Positions 15,001-30,000 of a stretch of 64,000 nucleotides of DNA are shown here, one piece after another; position 1 is the first letter of the stretch; the number at the start of each line of letters is the position of its first letter. Made by a program: the position numbers and the translations under genes. Source of the stretch: Eledone cirrhosa. Lineage: Eukaryota. A model generated the notes under the pieces. The model searched no databases and was not told the DNA's origin. It saw only the letters and a list, made by a program, of their open reading frames with translations. Location of the stretch: positions 307,582,001 to 307,646,000 of the forward strand of contig OZ024742.1 of assembly GCA_964016885.1 (NCBI GenBank). Reading direction: 5' to 3'.

Positions 15001-18000
15001 GTCACTAGGAGGTAGGGTAGATGTCATGTCAATATATTTCAAACAACATAGATGTTAGTTTACTACATAAGATAGGGTCACTAGGAGGTAGGGTAGATGT
15101 CATGTCAATATATTTCAAACAACATAGATGTTAGTTTACTACATGAGATAGGGTCACTTGGAGGTAGGGTAGATGTCATGTTAATATATTTCAAACAACA
15201 TAGATGTTAGTTTACTACATGAGATAGGGTCACTAGGAGGTAGGGTAGATGTCATGTCAATATATTTCAAACAACATAGATGTTAGTTTACTACATGAGA
15301 TAGGGTCACTAGGAGGTAGGGTAGATGTCATGTCAATATATTTCAAACAACATAGATGTTAGTTTACTACATGAGATAGGGTCACTAGGAGGTAGGGTAG
15401 ATGTCGTGTCAATATCTCTCAAGCAACATAGACGTTAGTTTACTACATGAGATAGGGTCACATGGTGGTAGGGTAGATGTCATGTCAATATATTTCAAGC
15501 AACATAGATGTTAGTTTACTACATGAGATAGAGTCACTAGGAGGTAGGGTAGATGTCATGTCAATATATTTCAAGAAACATAGTAGTTAGTTTACTACAT
15601 GAGATAGGGTCACTAGGAGGTAGGGTAGATGTCATGTCTATATATTTCAAACGACATAGATGTTAGTTTACTACATGAGATAGGGTCACTAGGAGGTAGG
15701 GTAGATGTCATTTCAATATATTTTAAGCGACATAGATGTTAGTTTACTACAGGAGATAGGGTCAGTATGAGGTAGGGTAGATGTCATGTCAATATATTTC
15801 AAACAACATAGATGATAGTTTACTACATGAGATAGGGTCACTAGGAGGTAGGGAAGATGTCATGTCAATATATTTCAAACAACATAGATGTTAGTTTACT
15901 ACATGAGATAGGGTCACTAGGAGGTAGGGTAGAAGTCATGTCAATATCTCTCAAGCAACCTAGATGTTAGTTTACTACATGAGATAGGGTCACTAGGAGG
16001 TAGGGTAGATGTCATGTCAATATATTTCAAACAACATAGATGTTAGTTTACTACATGAGATAGGGTCACTAGGAGGTAGGGTAGATGTCATGTCAATATC
16101 TCTCAAACAACATAGATGTTAGATTACTACATGAGATAGGGTCACTAGGAGGTAGGGTAGATGTCATGTCTATATATTTCAAGCGACATAGATGTTAGTT
16201 TACTACATGAGATAGGGTCACTAGGAGGTAGGGTAGATGTAATGTCAATATATTTCAAACAACATAGATGTTAGTTTACTACATGAGATAGGGTCACTAG
16301 GAGGTAGGGTAGATGTCATGTCAATATATTTCAAACAACATAGATGATAGTTTACTACATGAGATAGGGTCACTAGGAGGTAGGGTAGATGTCATGTCAA
16401 TATATTTCAAACAACATAGATGTTAGTTTACTACATAAGATAGGGTCACTAGGAGGTAGGGTAGATGTCATGTCAATATATTTCAAACAACATAGATGTT
16501 AGTTTACTACATGAGATAGGGTCACTTGGAGGTAGGGTAGATGTCATGTTAATATATTTCAAACAACATAGATGTTAGTTTACTACATGAGATAGGGTCA
16601 CTAGGAGGTAGGGTAGATGTCATGTCAATATATTTCAAACAACATAGATGTTAGTTTACTACATGAGATAGGGTCACTAGGAGGTAGGGTAGATGTCATG
16701 TCAATATATTTCAAACAACATAGATGTTAGTTTACTACATGAGATAGGGTCACTAGGAGGTAGGGTAGATGTCGTGTCAATATCTCTCAAGCAACATAGA
16801 CGTTAGTTTACTACATGAGATAGGGTCACATGGTGGTAGGGTAGATGTCATGTCAATATATTTCAAGCAACATAGATGTTAGTTTACTACATGAGATAGG
16901 GTCACTAGGAGGTAGGGTAGATGTCATGTCAATATATTTCAAGAAACATAGATGTTAGTTTACTACATGAGATAGGGTCACTAGGAGGTAGGGTAGATGT
17001 CATGTCTATATATTTCAAACGACATAGATGTTAGTTTACTACATGAGATAGGGTCACTAGGAGGTAGGGTAGATGTCATTTCAATATATTTTAAGCGACA
17101 TAGATGTTAGTTTACTACAGGAGATAGGGTCAGTATGAGGTAGGGTAGATGTCATGTCAATATATTTCAAACAACATAGATGATAGTTTACTACATGAGA
17201 TAGGGTCACTAGGAGGTAGGGAAGATGTCATGTCAATATATTTCAAACAACATAGATGTTAGTTTACTACATGAGATAGGGTCACTAGGAGGTAGGGTAG
17301 ATGTCATGTCAATATATTTCAAACAACATAGATGTTAGTTTACTACATGAGATAGGGTCACTAGGAGGTAGGGTAGATGTCATGTCAATATATTTCAAGC
17401 GACATAGATGTTAGTTTACTACATGAGATAGGGTCACTAGGAGGTAGGGTAGATGTCATGTCAATATCTCTCAAACAACATAGATGTTAGTTTACTACAT
17501 GAGATAGGGTCACTAGGAGGTAGGGTAGATGTCATGTCAATATATTTCAAACAACATAGATGTTAGTTTACTGCATGGGATAGGGTCACTAGGAGGTAGG
17601 GTAGATGTCATGTCAATATATTTCAAACAACATAGATGTTAGTTTACTACATGAGATAGGGTCACTGGGAGGTAGGGTAGATGTCATGTCAATATATTTC
17701 AAACAACATAGATGTTAGTTTACTACATGAGATAGGTCACTAGGAGGTAGGGTAGATGTCATGTCAATATCACTCAAACAACATAGATGTTAGTTTACTA
17801 CATGAGATAGGGTCACTAGGAGGTAGGGTAGATGTCATGTCAATATCTCTTAAACAACATAGATGTTAGATTACTACATGAGATAGGGTCACTAGGAGGT
17901 AGGGTAGATGTCATGTCAATATCTCTCAAACAACATAGATGTTAGTTTACTACATGAGATAGGGTCACTAGGAGGTAGGGTAGATATCATGTCAATATCT

Positions 18001-21000
18001 CTCAAACAACATAGATGTTAGTTTACTACATGAGATAGGGTCACTAGGAGGTAGGGTAGATGTCATGTCAATATCTCTCAAGCAACATAGATGTTAGTTT
18101 ACTACATGAGATAGCGTCACTGGGAGGTAGGGTAGATATCATGTCAATATCTCTCAAGCAACATAGATGTTAGTTTACTACATGAGATAGGGTCACTAGG
18201 AGGTAGGGTAGATGTCATGTCAATATATTTCAAGAAACATAGATGTTAGTTTACTACATGAGATAGGGTCACTACGAGGTAGGGTAGATGTCATGTCAAT
18301 ATCTCTCAAGCAACATAGATGTTAGTTTACTACATGAGATAGGGTCACTAGGAGGTAGGGTAGATGTCATGTCAATATATTTCAAGAAACATAGATGTTA
18401 GTTTACTACATGAGATAGGGTCACTAGGAGGTAGGGTAGATGTCATGTCAATATATTTCAAACAACATAGATGTTAGTCTACTACATGAGATAGGGTCAC
18501 TAGGAGGTAGGGTAGATGTCATGTCAATATCTCTCAAACAACATAGATGTTAGTTTACTACATGAGATAGGGTCACTGGGAGGTAGGGTAGATGTCATGT
18601 CAATATCTCTCAAGCAACATAGATGTTAGTTTACTACATGAGAGAGGATCACTAGGAGGTAGGGTAGTTGTCATGTCAATATCTCTCAATCAACATAGAT
18701 GTTAGTTTACTACATGAGATAGGGTCACTAGGAGGTAGGGTAGATGTCATGTCAATATCTCTCAAGCAACATAGATGTTAGTTTACTACATGAGATAGGG
18801 TCACATGGAGGTAGGGTAGATGTCATGTCAATATATTTTAAGCAACATAGATGTTAGTTTACTACATGAGATAGGGTCACTAGGAGCAAGGGTAGATGTC
18901 ATGTCAATATATTTCAAACAACATAGATGTTAGTTTACTGCATGAGATAGGGTCACTAGGATGTAGGGTAGATGTCATGTCAATATATTTCAAACAACAT
19001 AGATGTTAGTTTACTACATGAGATAGGGTCACTGGGAGGTAGGGTAGATGTCATGTCAATATATTTCAAACAACATAGATGATAGTTTACTATATGAGAT
19101 AGGGTCACTGGGAGGTAGGGTAGATGTCATGTCAATATATTTCAAACAACATAGATGTTAGTCTACTACATGAGATAGGGTCAATAGGAGGTAGGGTAGA
19201 TGTCATGTCAATATATTTCAAACAACATAGATGTTAGTCTACTACATGAGATAGGGTCACTAGGAGGTAGGGTAGATGTCATGTCAATATATTTCAAACA
19301 ACATAGATGTTAGTTTACTACATGAGATAGGGTCACTAGGAAGTAGGGTAGATGTCATGTCAATATATTTCAAACAACATAGATGTTAGTTTACTACATG
19401 AGATAGGGTCACTAGGAGGTAGGGTAGATGTCATGTCAATATATTTCAAACAACATAGATGTTAGTCTACTACATGAGATAGGGTCACTAGGAGGTAGGG
19501 TAGATGTCATGTCAATATATTTCAAACAACATAGATGTTAGTTTACTGCATGAGATAGGGTCACTAGGAGGTAGGGTAGATGTCATGTCTATATATTTGA
19601 AACAACATAGATGTTAGTTTACTACATGAGATAGGGTCACTAGGAGGTAGGGTAGAAGTCATGTCAATATCTCTCAAGCAACATAGATGTTAGTTTACTA
19701 CATGAGATAGGGTCACTAGGAGGTAGGGTAGATGTTATGTCAATATATTTCAAACAACATAGATGTTAGTTTACTACATGAGATAGGGTCACTAGGAGGT
19801 AGGGTAGATGTCATGTCAATATCTCTCAAACAACATAGATGTTAGATTACTACATGAGATAGGGTCACTAGGAGGTAGGGTAGATGTCATGTCTATATAT
19901 TTCAAGCGACATAGATGTTAGTTTACTACATGAGATAGGGTCACTAGGAGGTAGGGTAGATGTAATGTCAATATATTTCAAACAACATAGATGTTAGTTT
20001 ACTACATGAGATAGGGTCACTAGGAGGTAGGGTAGATGTCATGTCAATATATTTCAAACAACATAGATGATAGTTTACTACATGAGATAGGGTCACTAGG
20101 AGGTAGGGTAGATGTCATGTCAATATATTTCAAACAACATAGATGTTAGTTTACTACATAAGATAGGGTCACTAGGAGGTAGGGTAGATGTCATGTCAAT
20201 ATATTTCAAACAACATAGATGTTAGTTTACTACATGAGATAGGGTCACTTGGAGGTAGGGTAGATGTCATGTTAATATATTTCAAACAACATAGATGTTA
20301 GTTTACTACATGAGATAGGGTCACTAGGAGGTAGGGTAGATGTCATGTCAATATATTTCAAACAACATAGATGTTAGTTTACTACATGAGATAGGGTCAC
20401 TAGGAGGTAGGGTAGATGTCATGTCAATATATTTCAAACAACATAGATGTTAGTTTACTACATGAGATAGGGTCACTAGGAGGTAGGGTAGATGTCGTGT
20501 CAATATCTCTCAAGCAACATAGACGTTAGTATACTACATGAGATAGGGTCACATGGTGGTAGGGTAGATGTCATGTCAATATATTTCAAGCAACATAGAT
20601 GTTAGTTTACTACATGAGATAGGGTCACTAGGAGGTAGGGTAGATGTCATGTCAATATATTTCAAGAAACATAGATGTTAGTTTACTACATGAGATAGGG
20701 TCACTAGGAGGTAGGGTAGATGTCATGTCTATATATTTCGAACGACATAGATGTTAGTTTACTACATGAGATAGGGTCACTAGGAGGTAGGGTAGATGTC
20801 ATTTCAATATATTTTAAGCGACATAGATGTTAGTTTACTACAGGAGATAGGGTCAGTATGAGGTAGGGTAGATGTCATGTCAATATATTTCAAACAACAT
20901 AGATGATAGTTTACTACATGAGATAGGGTCACTAGGAGGTAGGGAAGATGTCATGTCAATATATTTCAAACAACATAGATGTTAGTTTACTACATGAGAT

Positions 21001-24000
21001 AGGGTCACTAGGAGGTAGGGTAGATGTCATGTCAATATATTTCAAACAACATAGATGTTAGTTTACTACATGAGAGAGGGTCACTAGGAGGTAGATGTCA
21101 TGTCAATATCTCTCAAGCAACATAGATGTTATTTTACTACATGAGATAGGGTCACTGGGAGGTAGGGTAGATGTCATGTCAATATCTCTCAAGCAACATA
21201 GATGTTAGTTTACTACATGAGAGAGGGTCACTAGGAGGTAGGGTAGTTGTCATGTCAATATCTCTCAAGCAACATAGATGTTAGTTTCCTACATGATATA
21301 GGGTCACTAGGAGGTAGGGTAGATATCATGTCAATATCTCTCAAGCAACATAGATGTTAGTTTACTACATGAGATAGGGTCACATGGAGGTAGGGTAGAT
21401 GTCATGTCAATATATTTCAAGCAACATAGATGTTAGTTTACTACATGAGATAGGGTCACTAGGAGCTAGGGTAGATGTCATGTCAATATATTTCAAACAA
21501 CATAGATGTTAGTTTACTACATAAGATAGGGTCACTAGGAGGTAGGGTAGATGTCATGTCAATATATTTCAAACAACATAGATGATAGTTTACTATATGA
21601 GATAGGGTCACTGGGAGGTAGGGTAGATGTCATGTCAATATATTTCAAACAACATAGATGTTAGTTTACTGCATGGGATAGGGTCACTAGGAGGTAGGGT
21701 ACATGTCATCTCTATATATTTCAAACAACATAGATGTTAGTCTACTACATGAGATAGGGTCACTAGGAGGTAGGGTAGATGTCATGTCAATATATTTCAA
21801 ACAACATAGATGTTAGTCTACTACATGAGAGAGGGTCACTAGGAGGTAGGGTAGATGTCATGTCAATATATTTCAAACAACATAGATGTTAGTCTACTAC
21901 ATGAGATAGGGTCACTAGGAGGTAGGGTAGATGTCATGTCAATATATTTCAAACAACATAGATGTTAGTTTACTACATGAGATAGGGTCACTAGGAAGTA
22001 GGGTAGATGTCATGTCAATATATTTCAAACAACATAGATGTTAGTTTACTACATGAGATAGGGTCACTAGGAGGTAGGGTAGATGTCATGTCAATATATT
22101 TCAAACAACATAGATGTTAGTCTACTACATGAGATAGGGTCACTAGGAGGTAGGGTAGATGTCATGTCAATATATTTCAAACAACATAGATGTTAGTTTA
22201 CTGCATGAGATAGGGTCACTAGGAGGTAGGGTAGATGTCATGTCTATATATTTGAAACAACATAGATGTTAGTTTACTACATGAGATAGGGTCACTAGGA
22301 GGTAGGGTAGAAGTCATGTCAATATCTCTCAAGCAACATAGATGTTAGTTTTCTACATGAGATAGGGTCACTAGGAGGTAGGGTAGATGTCATGTCAATA
22401 TATTTCAAACAACATAGATGTTAGTTTACTACATGAGATAGGGTCACTAGGAGGTAGGGTAGATGTCATGTCAATATCTCTCAAACAACATAGATGTTAG
22501 ATTACTACATGAGATAGGGTCACTAGGAGGTAGGGTAGATGTCATGTCTATATATTTCAAGCGACATAGATGTTAGTTTACTACATGAGATAGGGTCACT
22601 AGGAGGTAGGGTAGATGTAATGTCAATATATTTCAAACAACATAGATGTTAGTTTACTACATGAGATAGGGTCACTAGGAGGTAGGGTAGATGTCATGTC
22701 AATATATTTCAAACAACATAGATGATAGTTTACTACATGAGATAGGGTCACTAGGAGGTAGGGTAGATGTCATGTCAATATATTTCAAACAACATAGATG
22801 TTAGTTTACTACATAAGATAGGGTCACTAGGAGGTAGGGTAGATGTCATGTCAATATATTTCAAACAACATAGATGTTAGTTTACTACATGAGATAGGGT
22901 CACTTGGAGGTAGGGTAGATGTCATGTTAATATATTTCAAACAACATAGATGTTAGTTTACTACATGAGATAGGGTCACTAGGAGGTAGGGTAGATGTCA
23001 TGTCAATATATTTCAAACAACATAGATGTTAGTTTACTACATGAGATAGGGTCACTAGGAGGTAGGGTAGATGTCATGTCAATATATTTCAAACAACATA
23101 GATGTTAGTTTACTACATGAGATAGGGTCACTAGGAGGTAGGGTAGATGTCGTGTCAATATCTCTCAAGCAACATAGACGTTAGTTTACTACATGAGATA
23201 GGGTCACATGGTGGTTGGGTAGATGTCATGTCAATATATTTTAAGCAACATAGATGTTAGTTTACTACATGAGATAGGGTCACTAGGAGGTAGGGTAGAT
23301 GTCATGTCAATATATTTCAAGAAACATAGATGTTAGTTTACTACATGAGATAGGGTCAGTATGAGGTAGGGTAGATGTCATGTCAATATATTTCAAACAA
23401 CATAGATGATAGTTTACTACATGAGATAGGGTCACTAGGAGGTAGGGAAGATGTCATGTCAATATATTTCAAACAACATAGATGTTAGTTTACTACATGA
23501 GATAGGGTCACTAGGAGGTAGGGTAGATGTCATGTCAATATATTTCAAACAACATAGATGTTAGTTTACTACATGAGATAGGGTCACTAGGAGGTAGGGT
23601 AGATGTCATGTCTATATATTTCAAGCGACATAGATGTTAGTTTACTACATGAGATAGGGTCACTAGGAGGTAGGGTAGATGTCATGTCAATATCTCTCAA
23701 GCAACATAGATGTTAGTTTACTGCATGAGATAGGGTTACTAGGAGGTAGGGTAGATGTCATGTCAATATATTTCAAGCAACATAGATGTTAGTTTACTAC
23801 ATGAGATAGGGTCACTAGGAGGTAGGGTAGATGTCATGTCAATATATTTCAAGCAACATTGATGTTAGTTTACTACATGAGATAGGGTCACTAGGAGGTA
23901 GGGTAGATGTCATGTCAATATATTTCAAACAACATAGATGTTAGTTTACTACATGAGATAGGGTCACTAGGAGGTAGGGTAGATGTCATGTCAATATCTC

Positions 24001-27000
24001 TTAAACAACATAGATGTTAGTTTACTACATGAGATAGGGTCACTAGGAGGTAGGGTAGATATCATGTCAATATCTCTCAAACAACATAGATGTTAGTTTA
24101 CTACATGAGATAGGGTCACTAGGAGGTAGATGTCATGTCAATATCTCCCAAGCAACATAGATGTTATTTTACTACATGAGATAGGGTCACTGGGAGGTAG
24201 GGTAGATGTCATGTCAATATCTCTCAAGCAACATAGATGTTAGTTTACTACATGAGAGAGGGTCACTAGGAGGTAGGGTAGTTGTCATGTCAATATCTCT
24301 CAAGCAACATAGATGTTAGTTTCCTACATGATATAGGGTCACTAGGAGGTAGGGTATATATCATGTCAATATCTCTCAAGCAACATAGATGTTAGTTTAC
24401 TACATGAGATAGGGTCACATGGAGGTAGGGTAGATGTCATGTCAATATATTTCAAGCAACATAGATGTTAGTTTACTACATGAGATAGGGTCACTAGGAG
24501 CTAGGGTAGATGACATGTCAATATATTTCAAACAACATAGATGTTAGTTTACTACATAAGATAGGGTCACTAGGAGGTAGGGTAGATGTCATGTCAATAT
24601 ATTTCAAACAACATAGATGTTAGTTTACTACATGAGATAGGGTCACTTGGAGGTAGGGTAGATGTCATGTCAATATATTTCAAACAACATAGATGTTAGT
24701 CTACTACATGAGATAGGGTCAATAGGAGGTAGGGTAGATGTCATGTCAATATATTTCAAACAACATAGATGTTAGTCTACTACATGAGATAGGGTCACTA
24801 GGAGGTAGGGTAGATGTCATGTCAATATATTTCAAACAACATAGATGTTAGTCTACTACATGAGATAGGGTCACTAGGAGGTAGGGTAGATGTCATGTCA
24901 ATATATTTCAAACAACATAGATGTTAGTTTACTACATGAGATAGGGTCACTAGGAAGTAGGGTAGATGTCATGTTAATATATTTCAAACAACATAGATGT
25001 TAGTCTACTACATGAGATAGGGTCACTAGGAGGTAGGGTAGATGTCATGTCAATATATTTCAAACAACATAGATGTTAGTCTACTACATGAGATAGGGTC
25101 ACTAGGAGGTAGGGTAGATGTCATGTCAATATATTTCAAACAACATAGATGTTAGTTTACTGCATGAGATAGGGTCACTAGGAGGTAGGGTAGATGTCAT
25201 GTCTATATATTTGAAACAACATAGATGTTAGTTTACTACATGAGATAGGGTCACTAGGAGGTAGGGTAGAAGTCATGTCAATATCTCTCAAGCAACATAG
25301 ATGATAGTTTACTACATGAGATAGGGTCACTAGGAGGTAGGGTAGATGTCATGTCAATATATTTCAAACAACATAGATGTTAGTTTACTACATGAGATAG
25401 GGTCACTAGGAGGTAGGGTAGATGTCATGTCAATATCTCTCAAACAACATAGATGTTAGATTACTACATGAGATAGGGTCACTAGGAGGTAGGGTAGATG
25501 TCATGTCTATATATTTCAAGCGACATAGATGTTAGTTTACTACATGAGATAGGGTCACTAGGAGGTAGGGTAGATGTAATGTCAATATATTTCAAACAAC
25601 ATAGATGTTAGTTTACTACATGAGATAGGGTCACTAGGAGGTAGGGTAGATGTCATGTCAATATATTTCAAACAACATAGATGATAGTTTACTACATGAG
25701 ATAGGGTCACTAGGAGGTAGGGTAGATGTCATGTCAATATATTTCAAACAACATAGATGTTAGTTTACTACATAAGATAGGGTCACTAGGAGGTAGGGTA
25801 GATGTCATGTCAATATATTTCAAACAACATAGATGTTAGTTTACTACATGAGATAGGGTCAATTGGAGGTAGGGTAGATGTCATGTTAATATATTTCAAA
25901 CAACATAGATGTTAGTTTACTACATGAGATAGGGTCACTAGGAGGTAGGGTAGATGTCATGTCAATATATTTCAAACAACATAGATGTTAGTTTACTACA
26001 TGAGATAGGGTCACTAGGAGGTAGGGTAGATGTCATGTCAATATATTTCAAACAACATAGATGTTAGTTTACTACATGAGATAGGGTCACTAGGAGGTAG
26101 GGTAGATGTCGTGTCAATATCTCTCAAGCAACATAGACGTTAGTTTACTACATGAGATAGGGTCACATGGTGGTAGGGTAGATGTCATGTCAATATATTT
26201 CAAGCAACATAGATGTTAGTTTACTACATGAGATAGGGTCACTAGGAGGTAGGGTAGATGTCATGTCAATATATTTCAAGAAACATAGATGTTAGTTTAC
26301 TACATGAGATAGGGTCACTAGGAGGTAGGGTAGATGTCATGTCAATATCTCTCAAGCAACATAGATGTTAGTTTACTGCATGAGATAGGGTCACTGGGAG
26401 GTAGGGTAGATGTTATGTCAATATCTCTCAAGCAACATAGATGTTAGTTTACTACATGAGATAGGGTCACTAGGAGGTAGGGTAGATGTCATGTCAATAT
26501 CTCTCAAGCAACATAGATGTTAGTTTACTACATGAGATAGGGTCACATGGAGGTAGGGTAGATGTCATGTCAATATATTTCAAACAGCATAGATGTTAGT
26601 TTATTACATGAGATAGGTTCACTAGGAGGTAGGGTAGATGTCATGTCAATATATTTCAAACAACATAGATGTTAGTTTACTACATGAGATAGGGTCACTA
26701 GGAGGTAGGGTAGATGTCATGTCTATATATTTCAAGCGACATAGATGTTAGTTTACTACATGAGATAGGGTCACTAGGAGGTAGGGTAGATGTCATGTCA
26801 ATATATTTCAAACAACATAGATGATAGTTTACTACATGAGATAGGGTCACTAGGAGGTAGGGTAGATGTCATTTCAATATATTTTAAGCGACATAGATGT
26901 TAGTTTACTACAGGAGATAGGGTCACTATGAGGTAGGGTAGATGTCATGTCAATATATTTCAAACAACATAGATGATAGTTTACTACATGAGATAGGGTC

Positions 27001-30000
27001 ACTAGGAGGTAGGGAAGATGTCATGTCAATATATTTCAAACAACATAGATGTTAGTTTACTACATGAGATAGGGTCACTAGGAGGTAGGGTAGATGTCAT
27101 GTCAATATATTTCAAACAACATAGATGTTAGTTTACTACATGAGATAGGGTCACTAGGAGGTAGGGTAGATGTCATGTCTATATATTTCAAGCGACATAG
27201 ATGTTAGTTTACTACATGAGATAGGGTCACTAGGAGGTAGGGTAGATGTCATGTCAATATCTCTCAAGCAACATAGATGTTAGTTTACTGCATGAGATAG
27301 GGTTACTAGGAGGTAGGGTAGATGTCATGTCAATATATTTCAAGCAACATAGATGTTAGTTTACTACATGAGATAGGGTCACTAGGAGGTAGGGTAGATG
27401 TCATGTCAATATATTTCAAGCAACATAGATGTTAGTTTACTACATGAGATAGGGTCACTAGGAGGTAGGGTAGATGTCATGTCAATATATTTCAAACAAC
27501 ATAGATGTTAGTTTACTACATGAGATAGGGTCACTAGGAGGTAGGGTAGAAGTCATGTCAATATATCTCAAGCAACATAGATGTTAGTTTACTACATGAG
27601 ATAGGTCACTAGGAGGTAGGGTATATGTCATGTCAATATCACTCAAACAACATAGATGTTAGTTTACTACATGAGATAGGGTCACTAGGAGGTAGGGTAG
27701 ATGTCATGTCAATATCTCTTAAACAACATAGATGTTAGTTTACTACATGAGATAGGGTCACTAGGAGGTAGATGTCATGTCAATATCTCTCAAGCAACAT
27801 AGATGTTAGTTTACTACATGAGATAGGTCACTAGGAGGTAGGGTAGATATCATGTCAATATCTCTCAAACAACATAGATGTTAGTTTACTACATGAGATA
27901 GGGTCACTAGGAGGTAGATGTCATGTCAATATCTCTCAAGCAACATAGATGTTATTTTACTACATGAGATAGGGTCACTGGGAGGTAGGGTAGATGTCAT
28001 GTCAATATCTCTCAAGCAACATAGATGTTAGTTTACTACATGAGAGAGGGTCACTAGGAGGTAGGGTAGTTGTCATGTCAATATCTCTCAAGCAACATAG
28101 ATGTTAGTTTCCTACATGAGATAGGGTCACTAGGAGGTAGGGTAGATATCATGTCAATATCTCTCAAGCAACATAGATGTTAGTTTACTACATGAGATAG
28201 GGTCACATGGAGGTAGGGTAGATGTCATGTCAATATATTTCAAGCAACATAGATGTTAGTTTACTACATGAGATAGGGTCACTAGGAGCTAGGGTAGATG
28301 TCATGTCAATATATTTCAAACAACATAGATGTTAGTTTACTGCATGAGATAGGGTCACTAGGATGTAGGGTAGATGTCATGTCAATATATTTCAAACAAC
28401 ATAGATGTTAGTTTACTACATGAGATAGGGTCACTGGGAGGTAGGGTAGATGTCATGTCAATATATTTCAAACAACATAGATGATAGTTTACTATATGAG
28501 ATAGGGTCACTGGGAGGTAGGGTAGATGTCATGTCAATATATTTCAAACAACATAGATGTTAGTTTACTGCATGGGATAGCGTCACTAGGAGGTAGGGTA
28601 CATGTCATCTCTATATATTTCAAACAACATAGATGTTAGTTCACTACATGAGATAGGGTCACTGGGAGGTAGGGTAGATGTCATGTCAATATATTTCAAA
28701 CAACATAGATGTTAGTTTACTACATGAGATAGGTCACTAGGAGGTAGGGTAGATGTCATGTCAATATCACTCAAACAACATAGATGTTAGTTTACTACAT
28801 GAGATAGGGTCACTAGGTGGTAGGGTAGATGTCATGTCAATATCTCTTAAACAACATAGATGTTAGTTTACTACATGAGATAGGGTCACTAGGAGGTAGG
28901 GTGGATGTCATGTCAATATCTCTCAAGCAACATAGATGTTAGTTTACTACATGAGATAGGGTCACATGGAGGTAGGGTAGATGTCATGTCAATATATTTC
29001 AAGCAACATAGATGTTAGTTTACTACATGAGATAGGGTCACTAGGAGGTAGGGTAGATGTCATGTCAATATATTTCAAGCAACATAGATGTTAGTTTACT
29101 ACATGAGATAGGGTCACTAGGAGGTAGGGTAGATGTCATGTCAATATATTTCAAACAACATAGATGTTAGTTTACTACATGAGATAGGGTCACTAGGAGG
29201 TAGGGTAGAAGTCATGTCAATATATCTCAAGCAACATAGATGTTAGTTTACTACATGAGATAGGTCACTAGGAGGTAGGGTATATGTCATTTCAATATCA
29301 CTCAAACAACATAGATGTTAGTTTACTACATGAGATAGGGTCACTAGGAGGTAGGGTAGATGTCATGTCAATATCTCTTAAACAACATAGATGTTAGTTT
29401 ACTACATGAGATAGGGTCACTAGGAGGTAGATGTCATGTCAATATCTCTCAAGCAACATAGATGTTAGTTTACTACATGAGATAGGTCACTAGGAGGTAG
29501 GGTAGATATCATGTCAATATCTCTCAAACAACATAGATGTTAGTTTACTACATGAGATAGGGTCACTAGGAGGTAGATGTCATGTCAATATCTCTCAAGC
29601 AACATAGATGTTATTTTACTACATGAGATAGGGTCACTGGGAGGTAGGGTAGATGTCATGTCAATATCTCTCAAGCAACATAGATGTTAGTTTACTACAT
29701 GAGAGAGGGTCACTAGGAGGTAGGGTAGTTGTCATGTCAATATCTCTCAAGCAACATAGATGTTAGTTTCCTACATGAGATAGGGTCACTAGGAGGTAGG
29801 GTAGATATCATGTCAATATCTCTCAAGCAACATAGATGTTAGTTTACTACATGAGATAGGGTCACATGGAGGTAGGGTAGATGTCATGTCAATATATTTC
29901 AAGCAACATAGATGTTAGTTTACTACATGAGATAGGGTCACTAGGAGCTAGGGTAGATGTCATGTCAATATATTTCAAACAACATAGATGTTAGTTTACT